This document shows positions 10,818 to 20,761 of a DNA stretch of 20,811 nt, piece by piece. This stretch comes from Candidatus Krumholzibacteriia bacterium (GTDB lineage Bacteria > Krumholzibacteriota > Krumholzibacteriia > LZORAL124-64-63): positions 1 through 20,811 of the forward strand of contig JAWOID010000004.1 of assembly GCA_046484865.1 (NCBI GenBank), written 5' to 3'. The position numbers were made by a program, and so were the translations under genes. A model generated the notes under the pieces. That model made no database searches and was not told the origin of the DNA. It saw only the letters and a program-made list of their open reading frames with translations. The first letter of the stretch is position 1. The number at the start of each line of letters is the position of its first letter.

Positions 10818-13800
10818 CTAGGCTCCGTGGGCTGCTCCGCTACCGTGATCGTGGCCGTGACCTCCGGCGGGGGCCGGTTCGTCGCGCGTTGCGCCGGGGG
10901 CCGGCGTGTCGTGCGTTGCGCCGGGCGCGGCATCGTGCGGGCCTTCCCGAGCACCCTGGTCGGCCGGCACCAGTTCCGGGTTCGGGTTGCGGATGCGCGC
11001 CAGGTAGTGCGTCCGCGGCTTGGTGTTCAGGTACGTCAGCAGGTCGTAGGCGCGACTGTCCTCGCGCAGGCCGCTGACCCGGCTGTCGCGATCGTTCAGG
11101 TCGCCGAAGACGATGGCCTCGGTGGGACACGTCTGGGCGCAGGCCGGCACGATCTCGCCGTCGCGGATCGGGCGGCGCTCGTTCCGGGCCTCGATGCGGG
11201 CGTTCTCGATCCGCTGCACGCAGTAGGTGCACTTCTCCATCACCCCGCGGGAACGGACGGTCACATCGGGGTTCATGACCATCTTCTGCATCTCGGTGAG
11301 CGGGCCCGCGTTGTCGAACCAGTTGAACCGCCGCACCTTGTACGGGCAGTTGTTCGAGCAGTAACGGGTCCCGATGCAGCGGTTGTATACCATCGCGTTC
11401 AGTCCCTCGGCGGTGTGCAGCGTGGCGGCCACCGGGCAGACGCTCTCGCACGGCGCCATCTCGCAATGAACGCAGGCCACCGGCTGGTGCGCCACCTGCG
11501 GTGCGTCGGGCTCGCCCTTGAAATAGCGGTCGATGCGGATCCAGTGCATCTCGCGCCCGCGTTCCACCTCGTCCTTGCCCACCACCGGGATGTTGTTCTC
11601 GGCCTGGCAGGCCACCACGCAGGCATTGCAGCCGGTGCAGACGTTCAGGTCGATCGACATGCCCCACTTGTGGCCCTCGTATTCCCACTCCTTCCAGAGC
11701 GACTGCAGCGGCGGGTGATGGATGCCCAGGTGGTCGACGAACCCGGGATGCTCGACGTGCTCGTCGAGGTTCGCCTCGCGCACCAGCGAGCCCACGCGGC
11801 GCTCGCGCTCCTGGTAGCCCAGCGGATCGATCACGTGGTGGTCCTGGGTCGTGGCGAGCTTGTGCTCGCGGCCGGTGGCCTCGAGGCGCAGTCCGGGTCC
11901 GCCGTGGGGCGCGTCGACGGTCCGCAGCCGGTAGGCGCTGGCACCCACGCCGTCGCCCACGCGGCCGGCGTCGCGGCGGCCGTAGCCCAGGTGCACCGTC
12001 ACCGTCCGGCGGTCCTGGCCGGGCAGCACGAGCACGGGCAGTTCGATGGCGGCGCCGCCGCGCTCGAGCGTGACCACGTCGCCGTCCTCGAGATCCAGCG
12101 CTGCGGCCGTGACGGGCGCCAGCAGGGCCGCGTTGTCCCAGGTGAGCTTGGTCAGGAAATCGGGGAGTTCCTGCAGCCATGCGTTGTTGGCGAAGCGGCC
12201 GTCGTGGACCGCGGGCGAGGGGGCGATCACCAGCTCGAGTCGATTCCCGGCAGCGGTGGTACCGGCGTCGGCGCCGTTGCCGGCGACCCTGGCCGTACCG
12301 GCGTCTGCGGCGGTGCCGGGATCGCGCCTTGCGTCCGCGGACAGATCCCAGCGCCCCCCGGTCTGCACGCGCGGCTGCGCCGACGCAGGAGTGCTGCCGG
12401 CCAGGAAGCCGTCGTGGACGAAGCGTCGCCAGCGCTCCTCGAATCGCGGGTCGTCGGCGGGAGCCTGGCCGCGGCCGCCGGTGTGCCGGTGGAACGTGCG
12501 CCGCACGATGTCGTGCGCGCCGAGCGGCGCCTCCGCGATCAGCGCCGAGAGCAGCTCCAGGTCGCTCCTCCCGTCGTACAGCGGCGAGATGAGCGGCTGC
12601 TGTGCCAGATAGGTGCCGTCGGGAGCGACGAGATCGCCCCAGCTCTCGAGCCAGTGGCTGCGGTTCACGTGCCAGGTGCACAGGCGGCTCGTGGCATCGC
12701 GCTGCAGGCTCAGGTGCAGCGACGCGCCCGCGCGCGGGAGGGCAGAGGCGAGGTCCAGGTCGCCGGGCGCGGTGTAGACCGGGTTGCCGCCGAGGATCAC
12801 GAGCAGTCGTACGCCGCCGCCTGCCAGGTCCCGGACCAGCTCGGGCAGATCGCCGTCCGTCCCGTCGTCACGGTCGTCCGGCAGGTAGCTCACCGTGCGG
12901 CCGGCGCCGTCCAGCGCCTCGTTCAGCGCGGCGCACGCGGCGTGGACGCGAGCGGGCTGCCGCGGGCCTGCCGCCAGCAGGATCGCGCCCCGGTGCGCGG
13001 CGAGGTCACGGGCCAGCGCCGCCACCAGCGGCTGTCGGTCGCCTGCCCCACCGGCGAAGGATCGCACGGCGACGGCCAGCCCGTCCGGCAGTTCCAGCCC
13101 GTGCTGCTCGTGGAGCTCCGCCGCCAGCGCGTAAAGCACGGCGGGGATCTCGGTGGCGGGAGTGGGCTGATGATGGTCGGCCATGGCCCCGGTCACCGTG
13201 GGGGTGGGTTCGAAGACGTAGAGCCGGTTCATGGCGCCGCGCACGGGTCGCCGGCGCCGGGCGAACTGCCGCGCATTGCGGACGGCGGTGGGGTGGTCGT
13301 GCAGCAGGTCGGCGTCGAGGTCCACCACCACGTCGGCCGTGCTCAGGTCCGGCAGCACGCGGTGGGGGCGGCCGAAGACCAGCCGGGTCGCGTCGCGCTC
13401 GGCGCGACGGTCCACCGGTTCGTGCTCGTACCAGCGCATCTGCGGGTAGCGCTGCCGCAGCTCGGCCTGCAGCGCGGCCCGGCTGGGGGAGGTCGACGCC
13501 TCGGCCAGGATCGCAAGGCCTTCTCCGGCGTCCTCGGTCAGCTGCGAGCGTTGTTCCGCCAGGAACGCCAGCACCTCGTCCCAGCCGGCCGCCAGCGTCT
13601 GGCGACCGCTGCGGCGCAAGATGCCGCGGCTGCGGTCCGGATCGTACAGGTCGAGCACGCCGGCCTGCACCACGGCGCTGGCGGCCCCCCCGCTCAGGTC
13701 GAGGTCGGGATTGCCGTCCACCTTGATCGGCCGGCCGTCGAAGCTGGTGGCCAGCACCGGGAACGCCTGGCCGCCGATCTCCAGTGCGGAGGCGAACAGC

Positions 13801-14075
13801 CGGCTGCGTCCGGGCACGACACCGGCCGGACGGTGGCTGAACGGGACGATCGTCTCCTCCGGCCAGCGGCAGCCCGCCACCCCGGCCATCGCCACCGACG
13901 CGGCCATGATCTGCAGGAACCGGCGCCGGCTGAGTCCATCTTCCGGCAGCCCCACGCCGCCCGGGAACTCGTTCTCCAGGTGACGGCGGAACTCGTCGCT
14001 GTCGGCCAGCTCCTGCAAGCTGCGCCAGTAGTTCTGTCCGTGGCCGGGATCGGTGTTCTGATCGGGCATCCGCAT
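10818..14075 (-). CDS. actB: Alternative complex III subunit B (molybdopterin-oxidoreductase-like domain fused to an Fe-S domain)
   Basis: YWRSLQEL, Tat signal SRRRFL..AGC, GRPIKVDGNP, NNAWLQELP. Fe-S motifs CTGCNACVVAC, CVHCEMAPCESVCP, CIGTRYCSNNCP (3Fe-4S type) and CTYC...CAQTCP. Start is 14075 or 14069. Confidence 0.96.
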   Translation of the reverse strand: MRMPDQNTDPGHGQNYWRSLQELADSDEFRRHLENEFPGGVGLPEDGLSRRRFLQIMAASVAMAGVAGCRWPEETIVPFSHRPAGVVPGRSRLFASALEIGGQAFPVLATSFDGRPIKVDGNPDLDLSGGAASAVVQAGVLDLYDPDRSRGILRRSGRQTLAAGWDEVLAFLAEQRSQLTEDAGEGLAILAEASTSPSRAALQAELRQRYPQMRWYEHEPVDRRAERDATRLVFGRPHRVLPDLSTADVVVDLDADLLHDHPTAVRNARQFARRRRPVRGAMNRLYVFEPTPTVTGAMADHHQPTPATEIPAVLYALAAELHEQHGLELPDGLAVAVRSFAGGAGDRQPLVAALARDLAAHRGAILLAAGPRQPARVHAACAALNEALDGAGRTVSYLPDDRDDGTDGDLPELVRDLAGGGVRLLVILGGNPVYTAPGDLDLASALPRAGASLHLSLQRDATSRLCTWHVNRSHWLESWGDLVAPDGTYLAQQPLISPLYDGRSDLELLSALIAEAPLGAHDIVRRTFHRHTGGRGQAPADDPRFEERWRRFVHDGFLAGSTPASAQPRVQTGGRWDLSADARRDPGTAADAGTARVAGNGADAGTTAAGNRLELVIAPSPAVHDGRFANNAWLQELPDFLTKLTWDNAALLAPVTAAALDLEDGDVVTLERGGAAIELPVLVLPGQDRRTVTVHLGYGRRDAGRVGDGVGASAYRLRTVDAPHGGPGLRLEATGREHKLATTQDHHVIDPLGYQERERRVGSLVREANLDEHVEHPGFVDHLGIHHPPLQSLWKEWEYEGHKWGMSIDLNVCTGCNACVVACQAENNIPVVGKDEVERGREMHWIRIDRYFKGEPDAPQVAHQPVACVHCEMAPCESVCPVAATLHTAEGLNAMVYNRCIGTRYCSNNCPYKVRRFNWFDNAGPLTEMQKMVMNPDVTVRSRGVMEKCTYCVQRIENARIEARNERRPIRDGEIVPACAQTCPTEAIVFGDLNDRDSRVSGLREDSRAYDLLTYLNTKPRTHYLARIRNPNPELVPADQGAREGPHDAAPGATHDTPAPGATRDEPAPAGGHGHDHGSGAAHGA

Positions 14076-14138
14076 CTTCTCCGCGTCTCGTCGCTGCGCC
14101 TCGCCTCGTCCGGTGCGCTCCGCGACGCTCGGTGGCGG

Positions 14139-14864
14139 TCAGCGGTGACAGGTGGTGCAGTCGGTGCTCGGATCGATCGCGAGCGCCTGGCGCAGGCGGC
14201 CCCCGAGCTGCACCGGGTTCTCCAGTGGCTCCCAGTCCAGCTGCGTGACGAACTCCACCGGGCGCAGGCGCGCATCCGGCCGGCGATGGCAGTCGAGGCA
14301 CCAGGCCATGTTCAGACCGGCCGCCTGTTGCACCACCTCCATCTTGTCCACCCGGCCGTGACACTCCACGCAGCTCACCCCCACATTCACGTGCGCGCTG
14401 TGATCGAAGTACACGAAGTCGGGCAGGTCGTGGACGCGCACCCATGCCACCGGCATTCCCGTGGCGTCACTCTGCCGGACGGGAAGCAGCTGGGGGCTCT
14501 CGGCCCGGATGAGGCGATGGCAGTTCATGCACGTCTGGGTGGGCGGGATGCTGGCGTGGGGCGACTCCTCCACGGTGCTGTGGCAGTACCGGCAATCCAT
14601 GCCCAGCTCGCCCACGTGCAGGGCATGACTGTAGGGAACCGGCTGCTCGGGCGCGTAGCCCACGGCCGTGGTATCCGGGTCGAACAGGAGCGTGAAGAAC
14701 ACCACCGCGTACACGATGCCGCCCACCACCACCGCGGCCGAGAGTCCGCGTAGCCGGTTGGTCCAGCGTGGGAACAGGAACCTGGCGGTGGGGGGAACGG
14801 AGTCCGGGCCGCGGTCGTCGCGGGCGGGGCCTCCCGGCGCATCGGCAGTCTTGTCCGGAGCCAA
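14139..14864 (-). CDS. actA: Alternative complex III subunit A, membrane-anchored pentaheme cytochrome c
   Basis: One TM helix, EQPVPYSHALH, and five CxxCH motifs (CRYCH, CMNCH, CVECH, CLDCH, CTTCH). Start re-called to in-frame TTG 14864, 6 nt after GAGGAG; the start is less certain than the gene call. Confidence 0.93.
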   Translation of the reverse strand: MAPDKTADAPGGPARDDRGPDSVPPTARFLFPRWTNRLRGLSAAVVVGGIVYAVVFFTLLFDPDTTAVGYAPEQPVPYSHALHVGELGMDCRYCHSTVEESPHASIPPTQTCMNCHRLIRAESPQLLPVRQSDATGMPVAWVRVHDLPDFVYFDHSAHVNVGVSCVECHGRVDKMEVVQQAAGLNMAWCLDCHRRPDARLRPVEFVTQLDWEPLENPVQLGGRLRQALAIDPSTDCTTCHR

Positions 14865-14955
14865 GCGCTTCTCCTCGGTCGCATGGGTCGCGGATGTGTC
14901 CGGGCGTCGCCCGGTCCTCGCGCCGGCCGGCCGTCCACGGACGGCTTGCCGCCGG

Positions 14956-14984
14956 ATCATATACGCGGCGCGAAAACCTGGCAA
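14956..14984 (-). promoter_or_regulatory. Predicted sigma70-type promoter of the act-cox operon
   Basis: The minus strand reads TTGCCA-N17-TATGAT, about 90 nt upstream of the proposed actA start. Confidence 0.65.
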
Positions 14985-15017
14985 TCCCCGCGCGGGAGCG
15001 GACAGGGGATCAGCGCT

Positions 15018-15050
15018 CCGGCGGTGCGGCCAGCCGGCCCGCACCGCCGG
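15018..15050 (-). terminator. GC-rich hairpin after iscA (terminator-like, no U-tract)
   Basis: Perfect 12-bp inverted repeat CCGGCGGTGCGG-N9-CCGCACCGCCGG, 13 nt past the iscA stop and ahead of the act promoter. Confidence 0.5.
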
Positions 15051-15063
15051 GGACGTGACCAGT

Positions 15064-15387
15064 CTAGATGCGGAACGAGGTTCCGCAACCGCAGGACCGC
15101 TTCGCTTTCGGATTGTGGAACTTGAAGCCGCCGCCCATGAGCTTGCGGGAGAAGTCGACCTGCAGGCCCTCCAGGTAGCCCAGCGACTCGCGGTCGCAAA
15201 CCACCCGCACGCCGTTCTGATCGTAGACGTGGTCCGCAGCGCGGGCCTGGCGTTCGAAGTCCATGCTGTACTGCATGCCGGAACATCCGCCGGTCTCCAC
15301 GCCGAAGCGCACCAGGGCATCGGGCTCGCCGCGCTCGGCCATCAGCCGTCGGAGTTCGTCGGCCGCGGACTCGGTGAGATGGATCAT
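15064..15387 (-). CDS. iscA: A-type Fe-S cluster carrier (IscA/SufA/ErpA, HesB family)
   Basis: 107 aa from MIHLTESAA with GGCSGMQY, FHNPKA and CGCGTSF. AAGGAG lies upstream of ATG 15387. Confidence 0.93.
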   Translation of the reverse strand: MIHLTESAADELRRLMAERGEPDALVRFGVETGGCSGMQYSMDFERQARAADHVYDQNGVRVVCDRESLGYLEGLQVDFSRKLMGGGFKFHNPKAKRSCGCGTSFRI

Positions 15388-15441
15388 GTCGCTCGCTCCT
15401 TGCTGCTGTCTCGGTTCATCTGCCCACGGCAGATGTCGGCA

Positions 15442-15470
15442 AAGATAAATCGGAGTGATATGGTATGCAA
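15442..15470 (-). promoter_or_regulatory. Predicted sigma70-type promoter of iscA
   Basis: The minus strand reads TTGCAT-N17-TATCTT within a locally AT-rich patch. Confidence 0.65.
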
Positions 15471-15667
15471 TTGAGGAGGCCATTTCGTCAGGCTCCCGAC
15501 GGGCTGCTCGACGCGAGCGGGACAGGGACTCGCGCCTTCCGGCCACGCACGGAAGCCGCGGTTGCGCAGCCGGAGCGCGGCCGATAGGTTGTGGGGGCGC
15601 GCGTCCGGCGCGCCGGTGCGCCGGTGTGCCGCGCCTCTTCCTTTCCCACCAGCCGGCAGGTAGATCG

Positions 15668-17800
15668 ATGACCGCATCCGCAGGTTCCGCAGACGATCAG
15701 AGGGGTCCGCAGGCCCACCGCGATCCGCAGACCATCCGCCGCGAGGGGAACCGGTTGCGCGACGAGGCGTCGCTCTATCTGAAGCAGCACGCCCACAATC
15801 CCGTGGAATGGTATCCGTGGGGCGAGGAGGCCCTGGAGAAGGCCCGGCGCGAGGACCGGCCCATCTTCCTGTCGATCGGCTACTCGTCCTGCCACTGGTG
15901 CCACGTCATGGAGCAGGAGGTGTTCGAGGACGACGAGACGGCGGAGTTCCTGAACCGCCACTTCGTCGCCATCAAGGTCGATCGCGAGGAGCGGCCGGAC
16001 ATCGATTCCATCTACATGCACGCCGTCCAGATCATCACCGGCCGCGGCGGCTGGCCGCTGTCGGCCTTCCTGACCCCGGACCAGAAGCCGTTCTTCGGCG
16101 GCACCTACTTCCCGCAGCGGCCCTTCCTCGACCTGCTCGGCAAGATCGTGGGGGTCTTCCGCGAGCAGCGGGAGGAACTGGAGCGCCAGGGCGCGCAGCT
16201 CGCCGAACGGGTGCTGGCGCTGCCCACGCCGGCGCCCGGCGCCGCACCCGCGCGGGTGGACGCCGCGATGATCGATTCGGTGGCCCAGCACGCCGAACTG
16301 AACTTCGACCGCCGGTACGGCGGCTTCCAGGGGCAGCAGAAGTTCCCCACCCCCTGCCGCTGGCAGTTCCTGCTGCGCCACCACCGCAAGACCGGCGAGA
16401 ACCGCTACGCCGTGATGGTCGGCAAGACGCTGGAGGCGATGGCCTCGGGCGGCATCTACGACCACGTGGGCGGGGGTTTCCATCGCTACACGGTGGACAG
16501 CAAGTGGATCGTGCCCCATTTCGAGAAGATGCTGTACGACAACGCCCAGCTCGCGAGCCTGTACCTGGAGGCCGGCGTGGTCCTGGAGCGGCCGGACTTC
16601 CTGGCGGTGGCCCGCGACGTCCTCGATTTCCTGCTCGGCGAGATGCGCTCCCCGGACGGCGGGTTCCACAGCAGCTTCGACGCCGACGCCGGCGGCGACG
16701 AGGGCGCGTACCACGTGTGGACTCCGGACGACCTCACGATCGCCACCAACCCCGACGACGGGCCGCTGCTGGCCGAGCTGCTCGGGGTGGCGCCCGTCGG
16801 GAACTTCGGCGGACCGCGCAACGTGCTCACCCGCAGGGCGGACGCGGCCCAGGCGGCTCGCGATTTCGAGCGTGATCCCGAGGAGGTCGCCGGACTCTTC
16901 GCCAAGCACCGCCACAACCTGCGCGCGTACCGCGATCGTCGCCCCGCGCCGGCGCGCGATCCGAAGATCATCACCTCGTGGAACGCCCTGACGATCACGG
17001 CGCTGGCGCATGGATCCATGGTCTTCGGCTCCGAGCCGTTCCTCGAGGCCGCCCGCGCGGCGGCCGAGTTCATCTGGACGAAGCACCGGCGGGACGACGG
17101 GCGGCTCATGCGCGCGTCGAGCGAGGGTCGCCTGGTGGGCTCGGGCATCCTGGACGACCACGCCTACCTGGCGGCGGCGCTGCTGGATCTCTTCCAGTGC
17201 GACGGCGACCCCGGGCATCTGGAGCGGGCGATCGAGCTGGTGGAGATCGTGCGGCGCGACTTCGCCGCTCCCGACGGCGGCTTCTACATGACCGCCCAGG
17301 ACGCGCGCACCCCCATCGGCCGCTCGATCGATCTGTTCGACAGTGTGATGCCGTCGGGTAATGCGGTCATGCTGCAGAACATGGTGCGCCTGGCCGCTCT
17401 CACCGGCCGCGGCGAGCTGCGCCAGGAGGCACAGCGGCACCTCGATGCCTTCGCCCCGCTCCTGGGTCATACCCAGCTCGAGATGGCGGTCTGGTTCGAT
17501 GTCGCGCAGAAGCTGGTGGGGCCGTTCTACGACGTGGTGGTGGCCGGCGATCCACGGGCGGAGGACACGCGTGCGCTGGTCGCGGCCGTCCACCGCCGCT
17601 TGCCGAGCCACGTGGTGCTGGCGCCGGTGCCCGCGACGGGGGCGGATCCGGACCTGGCAGGTCTCGCCCCGGCCGTCGCCCAGAAGCCGGCCCGCGATGG
17701 CCGCGCCACCGCGTACGTCTGCCGGTTCGGTTCCTGCGAGGAACCGACGAGCGAGCCGGACAGGCTGGTCGAGCAGCTCACCGAGGGCTGGTCGCGCTGA
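15668..17800 (+). CDS. Thioredoxin domain-containing protein (YyaL/SPATA20, DUF255 plus six-hairpin glycosidase-like domain)
   Basis: [82 protein letters not shown] and AYVC. Start re-called to ATG 15668. Confidence 0.93.
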   Translation: MTASAGSADDQRGPQAHRDPQTIRREGNRLRDEASLYLKQHAHNPVEWYPWGEEALEKARREDRPIFLSIGYSSCHWCHVMEQEVFEDDETAEFLNRHFVAIKVDREERPDIDSIYMHAVQIITGRGGWPLSAFLTPDQKPFFGGTYFPQRPFLDLLGKIVGVFREQREELERQGAQLAERVLALPTPAPGAAPARVDAAMIDSVAQHAELNFDRRYGGFQGQQKFPTPCRWQFLLRHHRKTGENRYAVMVGKTLEAMASGGIYDHVGGGFHRYTVDSKWIVPHFEKMLYDNAQLASLYLEAGVVLERPDFLAVARDVLDFLLGEMRSPDGGFHSSFDADAGGDEGAYHVWTPDDLTIATNPDDGPLLAELLGVAPVGNFGGPRNVLTRRADAAQAARDFERDPEEVAGLFAKHRHNLRAYRDRRPAPARDPKIITSWNALTITALAHGSMVFGSEPFLEAARAAAEFIWTKHRRDDGRLMRASSEGRLVGSGILDDHAYLAAALLDLFQCDGDPGHLERAIELVEIVRRDFAAPDGGFYMTAQDARTPIGRSIDLFDSVMPSGNAVMLQNMVRLAALTGRGELRQEAQRHLDAFAPLLGHTQLEMAVWFDVAQKLVGPFYDVVVAGDPRAEDTRALVAAVHRRLPSHVVLAPVPATGADPDLAGLAPAVAQKPARDGRATAYVCRFGSCEEPTSEPDRLVEQLTEGWSR

Positions 17801-17902
17801 CGTCAGGCGCCGATCGGCAGCGCCGGAGCCTGTCGCCGGTGGCGGCGCAAGGTCGAGCAGGCGGTCCCTTCGAGGCACCCGGGGCCGGGAGGTGGGCTGG
17901 AC

Positions 17903-18679
17903 GTGCACGGACGCGACGGCGAGTTCCCGCGCCTCGTCGACACCCATTGCCATCTCGACGTCGATCCCCTGGGCAAGGATCCAGCCGCGGTCCTCGGGCG
18001 CGCTCGCGCTGCCGGCGTGAACACCGTGGTGGTGCCTGCCTACGACCTGGCGTCCTGGCCTGCGGTGACCCGCCTGGCCGTCGCACACCGCGGGGTCCAC
18101 GCCGCCCTCGGGCTGCATCCGTGGGTGGCGCACGAGGATCTGAGCCGGGCGCGGCTGGAGGACGCCCTGGCCGCGGCCGGTGCCGTCGCGGTCGGGGAGA
18201 TCGGTCTGGATGCCCAGGTGGACGACGCCGATCTCCGTCGCCAGCAGATCGTGCTCGAGTTGCAGCTCGAGGTAGCGATCGCCGGCGACCTGCCGGTCGT
18301 CCTGCACTGCCGCGGCGCCTTCGCGGAACTCCTGGCGGTCCTGGGCGAGCGGTCCGGGCTGCGGGGCGTCCTGCATGCGTTCTCGAGGTCCGGTGATCTC
18401 GCGGAGCGGTTCGTGGCGGCGGGGCTGCACCTGGGGTTCGGCGGGGCGATCACGCGACCCCGGGCTCGCGCCCGCGACGCCGCCGCCCGGGTCCCGCTGG
18501 ACCGGACCGTCCTGGAGACCGATGCTCCTTCCATCGGACTGGAAGGGGTGCCGGCCAAGGAGACCGAGCCCCGGCACGTGCGCGACGTGGCCGAGGCGCT
18601 GGCCGGAGTACGCGGCGCCGAACTCGACGAGATCGCGGAGGTCACCACCGCCAATGCCTGTCGACTCTTCCGCCTCTGA
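17903..18679 (+). CDS. tatD: TatD family metal-dependent hydrolase/DNase
   Basis: DTHCHL, GLHP, GEIGLD, LHCR, LHAF and LETDAP. GTG start after GGAGG. Confidence 0.94.
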   Translation: MHGRDGEFPRLVDTHCHLDVDPLGKDPAAVLGRARAAGVNTVVVPAYDLASWPAVTRLAVAHRGVHAALGLHPWVAHEDLSRARLEDALAAAGAVAVGEIGLDAQVDDADLRRQQIVLELQLEVAIAGDLPVVLHCRGAFAELLAVLGERSGLRGVLHAFSRSGDLAERFVAAGLHLGFGGAITRPRARARDAAARVPLDRTVLETDAPSIGLEGVPAKETEPRHVRDVAEALAGVRGAELDEIAEVTTANACRLFRL

Positions 18680-19526
18680 ACCGCGCGAGCGGGCCGACGA
18701 CGGCATCCCGGCACGGTTCGGCCGCGTGGCCGATCTGTACGGCCTGGCTGGCCTGGCGCGCCTGCGGCTCGCGCGCGTGGCGGTCATCGGCCTGGGCGGC
18801 GTGGGAGCGCATGCGGCCGTCTGCCTGGCCCGCAGCGGGCTGGGACAGCTGCTGCTGGTCGACTTCGACCTGGTCACAGCGTCGTCCCTGAACCGCTCGC
18901 CGGTGGCCGGTCCGGCCGACGTCGGACGTGCCAAGGTGGACGTCCTGGCCGAGCACCTGGCGAGGGCGTGCCCCGAAACGGCGGTGGAGACACGGCGGGA
19001 TTTCTGCCATGCCGAATCGCTGGCCGCACTCCTGCAGCCGGGCACGTCCGCCGCGCCGGACCTGGTGCTCGACGCCATCGACAGCCGCAACCCCAAGGTC
19101 ACGCTGCTGGCCTACTGCCTGGAGAACGCGCTGCCCGTGATCAGCAGCATGGGCGCGGCGGGCCGCCGCGACCCGGCGGCACTGCGCACCGGCGACCTGG
19201 CGCAGACGCGCGTCTGCCCGCTGGCGCGACACGTGCGCCGATACCTGAAGCGGCGAGGCGCTCTCGGGCCGGTGCCGTGCGTCTGGTCCGAGGAGGATCC
19301 GGCGACGCCCTGTGAACCCGACAGCGGCGACCGTACGCTGGATCGCGGCCGGGTCCGCAACCGGCTACCCAGCCAGATGGCCCTGCCCGGGATCTTCGGC
19401 TACGCTCTGGCGGCCCTGGCGCTCGAGCGGCTCACCGCACCGCTGCCGGGAGAGGACCCGGACGGCGATCGCGCCGAACGCAAGGCCGCCGCGCCAGGCA
19501 CCGGTCACCCGGCTTCGAGACCCTAG
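18654..19526 (+). CDS. tcdA: tRNA threonylcarbamoyladenosine dehydratase (ThiF family, TcdA/CsdL)
   Basis: [34 protein letters not shown] and CPLA..VR. Probable start ATG 18654 overlaps the end of tatD. Confidence 0.87.
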   Translation: MPVDSSASEPRERADDGIPARFGRVADLYGLAGLARLRLARVAVIGLGGVGAHAAVCLARSGLGQLLLVDFDLVTASSLNRSPVAGPADVGRAKVDVLAEHLARACPETAVETRRDFCHAESLAALLQPGTSAAPDLVLDAIDSRNPKVTLLAYCLENALPVISSMGAAGRRDPAALRTGDLAQTRVCPLARHVRRYLKRRGALGPVPCVWSEEDPATPCEPDSGDRTLDRGRVRNRLPSQMALPGIFGYALAALALERLTAPLPGEDPDGDRAERKAAAPGTGHPASRP

Positions 19527-20107
19527 GCTTCGAAGTTCTGGCTCGCGAAGTCCCAGTTGACCACGTTCCACCAGTTCTCGAGGTACTTGGGCCGCGCGTT
19601 GCGCGTGTCGATGTAGTACGCGTGCTCCCAGACGTCGCAGGTGAGCAGCGGGACGTCCGGTCCGGTGAGCGGCGTCTCGGCGTTGGGTGTGCTGACCACG
19701 TCCACGCCGCCGTCGCTCTTCTTCACCAGCCAGGTCCAGCCGGAGCCGAACTGCCCGACCGCCGACGCGAAGAAAGCTTCCTTGAACTTGTCGAAGTTGC
19801 CCCACTTGGTCTCGATCGCCTTGGCCAGCGCGCCTTCGGGCCGGCCACCGGCGCCCTTGGCCATGCCGCGCCAGTAGAAGGTGTGGTTCCAGGTCTGCCC
19901 GGCGTTGTTGAAGACGGCGCCCTTGGGGGCGTTCTTGACGACCTCCACCAGGCTCTTGTCCTCGAGTTCCGTGTCCCGGATCAGCTCGTTGAGCTTGTTC
20001 ACGTAGGCGGCGTGGTGCTTGTCGTGATGGAACTCGAGCGTCTCCTTCGAGATATACGGCTCGAGCGCATCGTAGCCGTAGGGTAGAGGCGGCAGCTCAT
20101 GGACCAT
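19523..20107 (-). CDS. sodB: Superoxide dismutase, probably Fe type
   Basis: [39 protein letters not shown] and DVWEHAYY. The Gln in NNAGQ and the Ala in NAETP are Fe-SOD-type residues. Strong AAGGAG ribosome-binding site. Confidence 0.95.
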   Translation of the reverse strand: MVHELPPLPYGYDALEPYISKETLEFHHDKHHAAYVNKLNELIRDTELEDKSLVEVVKNAPKGAVFNNAGQTWNHTFYWRGMAKGAGGRPEGALAKAIETKWGNFDKFKEAFFASAVGQFGSGWTWLVKKSDGGVDVVSTPNAETPLTGPDVPLLTCDVWEHAYYIDTRNARPKYLENWWNVVNWDFASQNFEA

Positions 20108-20284
20108 TGCTCACTCCTTCCTCGAGGGCCTTCCGCCCGGTCGAATATCCGGCCGCAGCCGCGGGTAACTCGGGCCACAACATAGCCTCTCGCTCGATAA
20201 TGGCCACTGGGCGTCAGGGGTGCCCCGACGCCTCGGGTACGTTCGCTGATCGGTCGAGGAGGCGGCGAATCCTCCACCCTGGGC

Positions 20285-20316
20285 TTCCCAGCGCCGTCGC
20301 GAAAGGTTACTTTCGC
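20285..20316 (+). promoter_or_regulatory. Candidate hflK promoter overlapped by a palindrome
   Basis: TTCCCA (20285) - N17 - TACTTT (20308). The inverted repeat GCGAAAG-gtta-CTTTCGC (20299-20316) covers the -10 element. Confidence 0.4.
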
Positions 20317-20392
20317 CGCGTGGGCGTGGTCGCCACCGGCCCGGGGGCCGGACGAGCACGGTGGAGCGAACACGAAACCAAGGCAGGAATGC

Positions 20393-20761
20393 ATGACGGA
20401 CAGGAAGAGCTTCGGGGAAGATCCCAATGTTCCCGAGATCCGCTTGCCGCGAATCTCGGCGGGTCTGATCAAGCTGGTGGTGATCGGCATCATCGCACTG
20501 GTGTTGATCTTCACCAGTTTCTACACCATCAATCCGGACGAAGCCGGCCTCGTGCTGCGCTTCGGCCAGTACGTGCGTCAGAGCGGACCCGGGCTGCACC
20601 TCAAGTTCCCCTTCGGGGTCGAGCAGGTGTACAAGGTCGAGGTCCAGCGGCAACAGAAGGCCGAGTTCGGGTTCCGTACCACCAGCGTGGCCGTGCGCAC
20701 GCAGTATGCCACCGGCGGGTACACCATCGGGGTGGGGATGCGTATTCGCTCTAGCTTTTGA
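20393..20761 (+). pseudogene. hflK: HflK-like (SPFH/band 7, FtsH modulator) gene truncated after about 110 codons; true disruption or assembly junction
   Basis: TM helix, then SFYTINPDEAGLVLRFG...PGLHLKFPFGVEQV..V..QRQQKAEFGFRT. The expected MLTGD-type continuation is absent and stops occur in all three forward frames (20752, 20759, 20775). Confidence 0.75.

Noticed and set aside
10818..14075. ActB as a catalytic molybdoenzyme (polysulfide, nitrate or formate reductase)
   Set aside because: The operon context and fused Fe-S domain identify ACIII ActB, which in solved structures lacks the molybdopterin cofactor.
14865..15320. N-terminal 150 aa of the 393-aa actA ORF
   Set aside because: It overlaps iscA in another frame and spans a hairpin and a promoter; a TTG start with a ribosome-binding site at 14864 fits better.
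15488..19102. 1204-aa minus-strand ORF
   Set aside because: It is antisense to the well-supported yyaL-like and tatD genes, so it is a shadow ORF.
20179..20206. Fur box or promoter upstream of sodB (GATAATG; TGGCCA-N16-TATGTT)
   Set aside because: Only a half-site match to the Fur box and a weak promoter consensus, too little to call.
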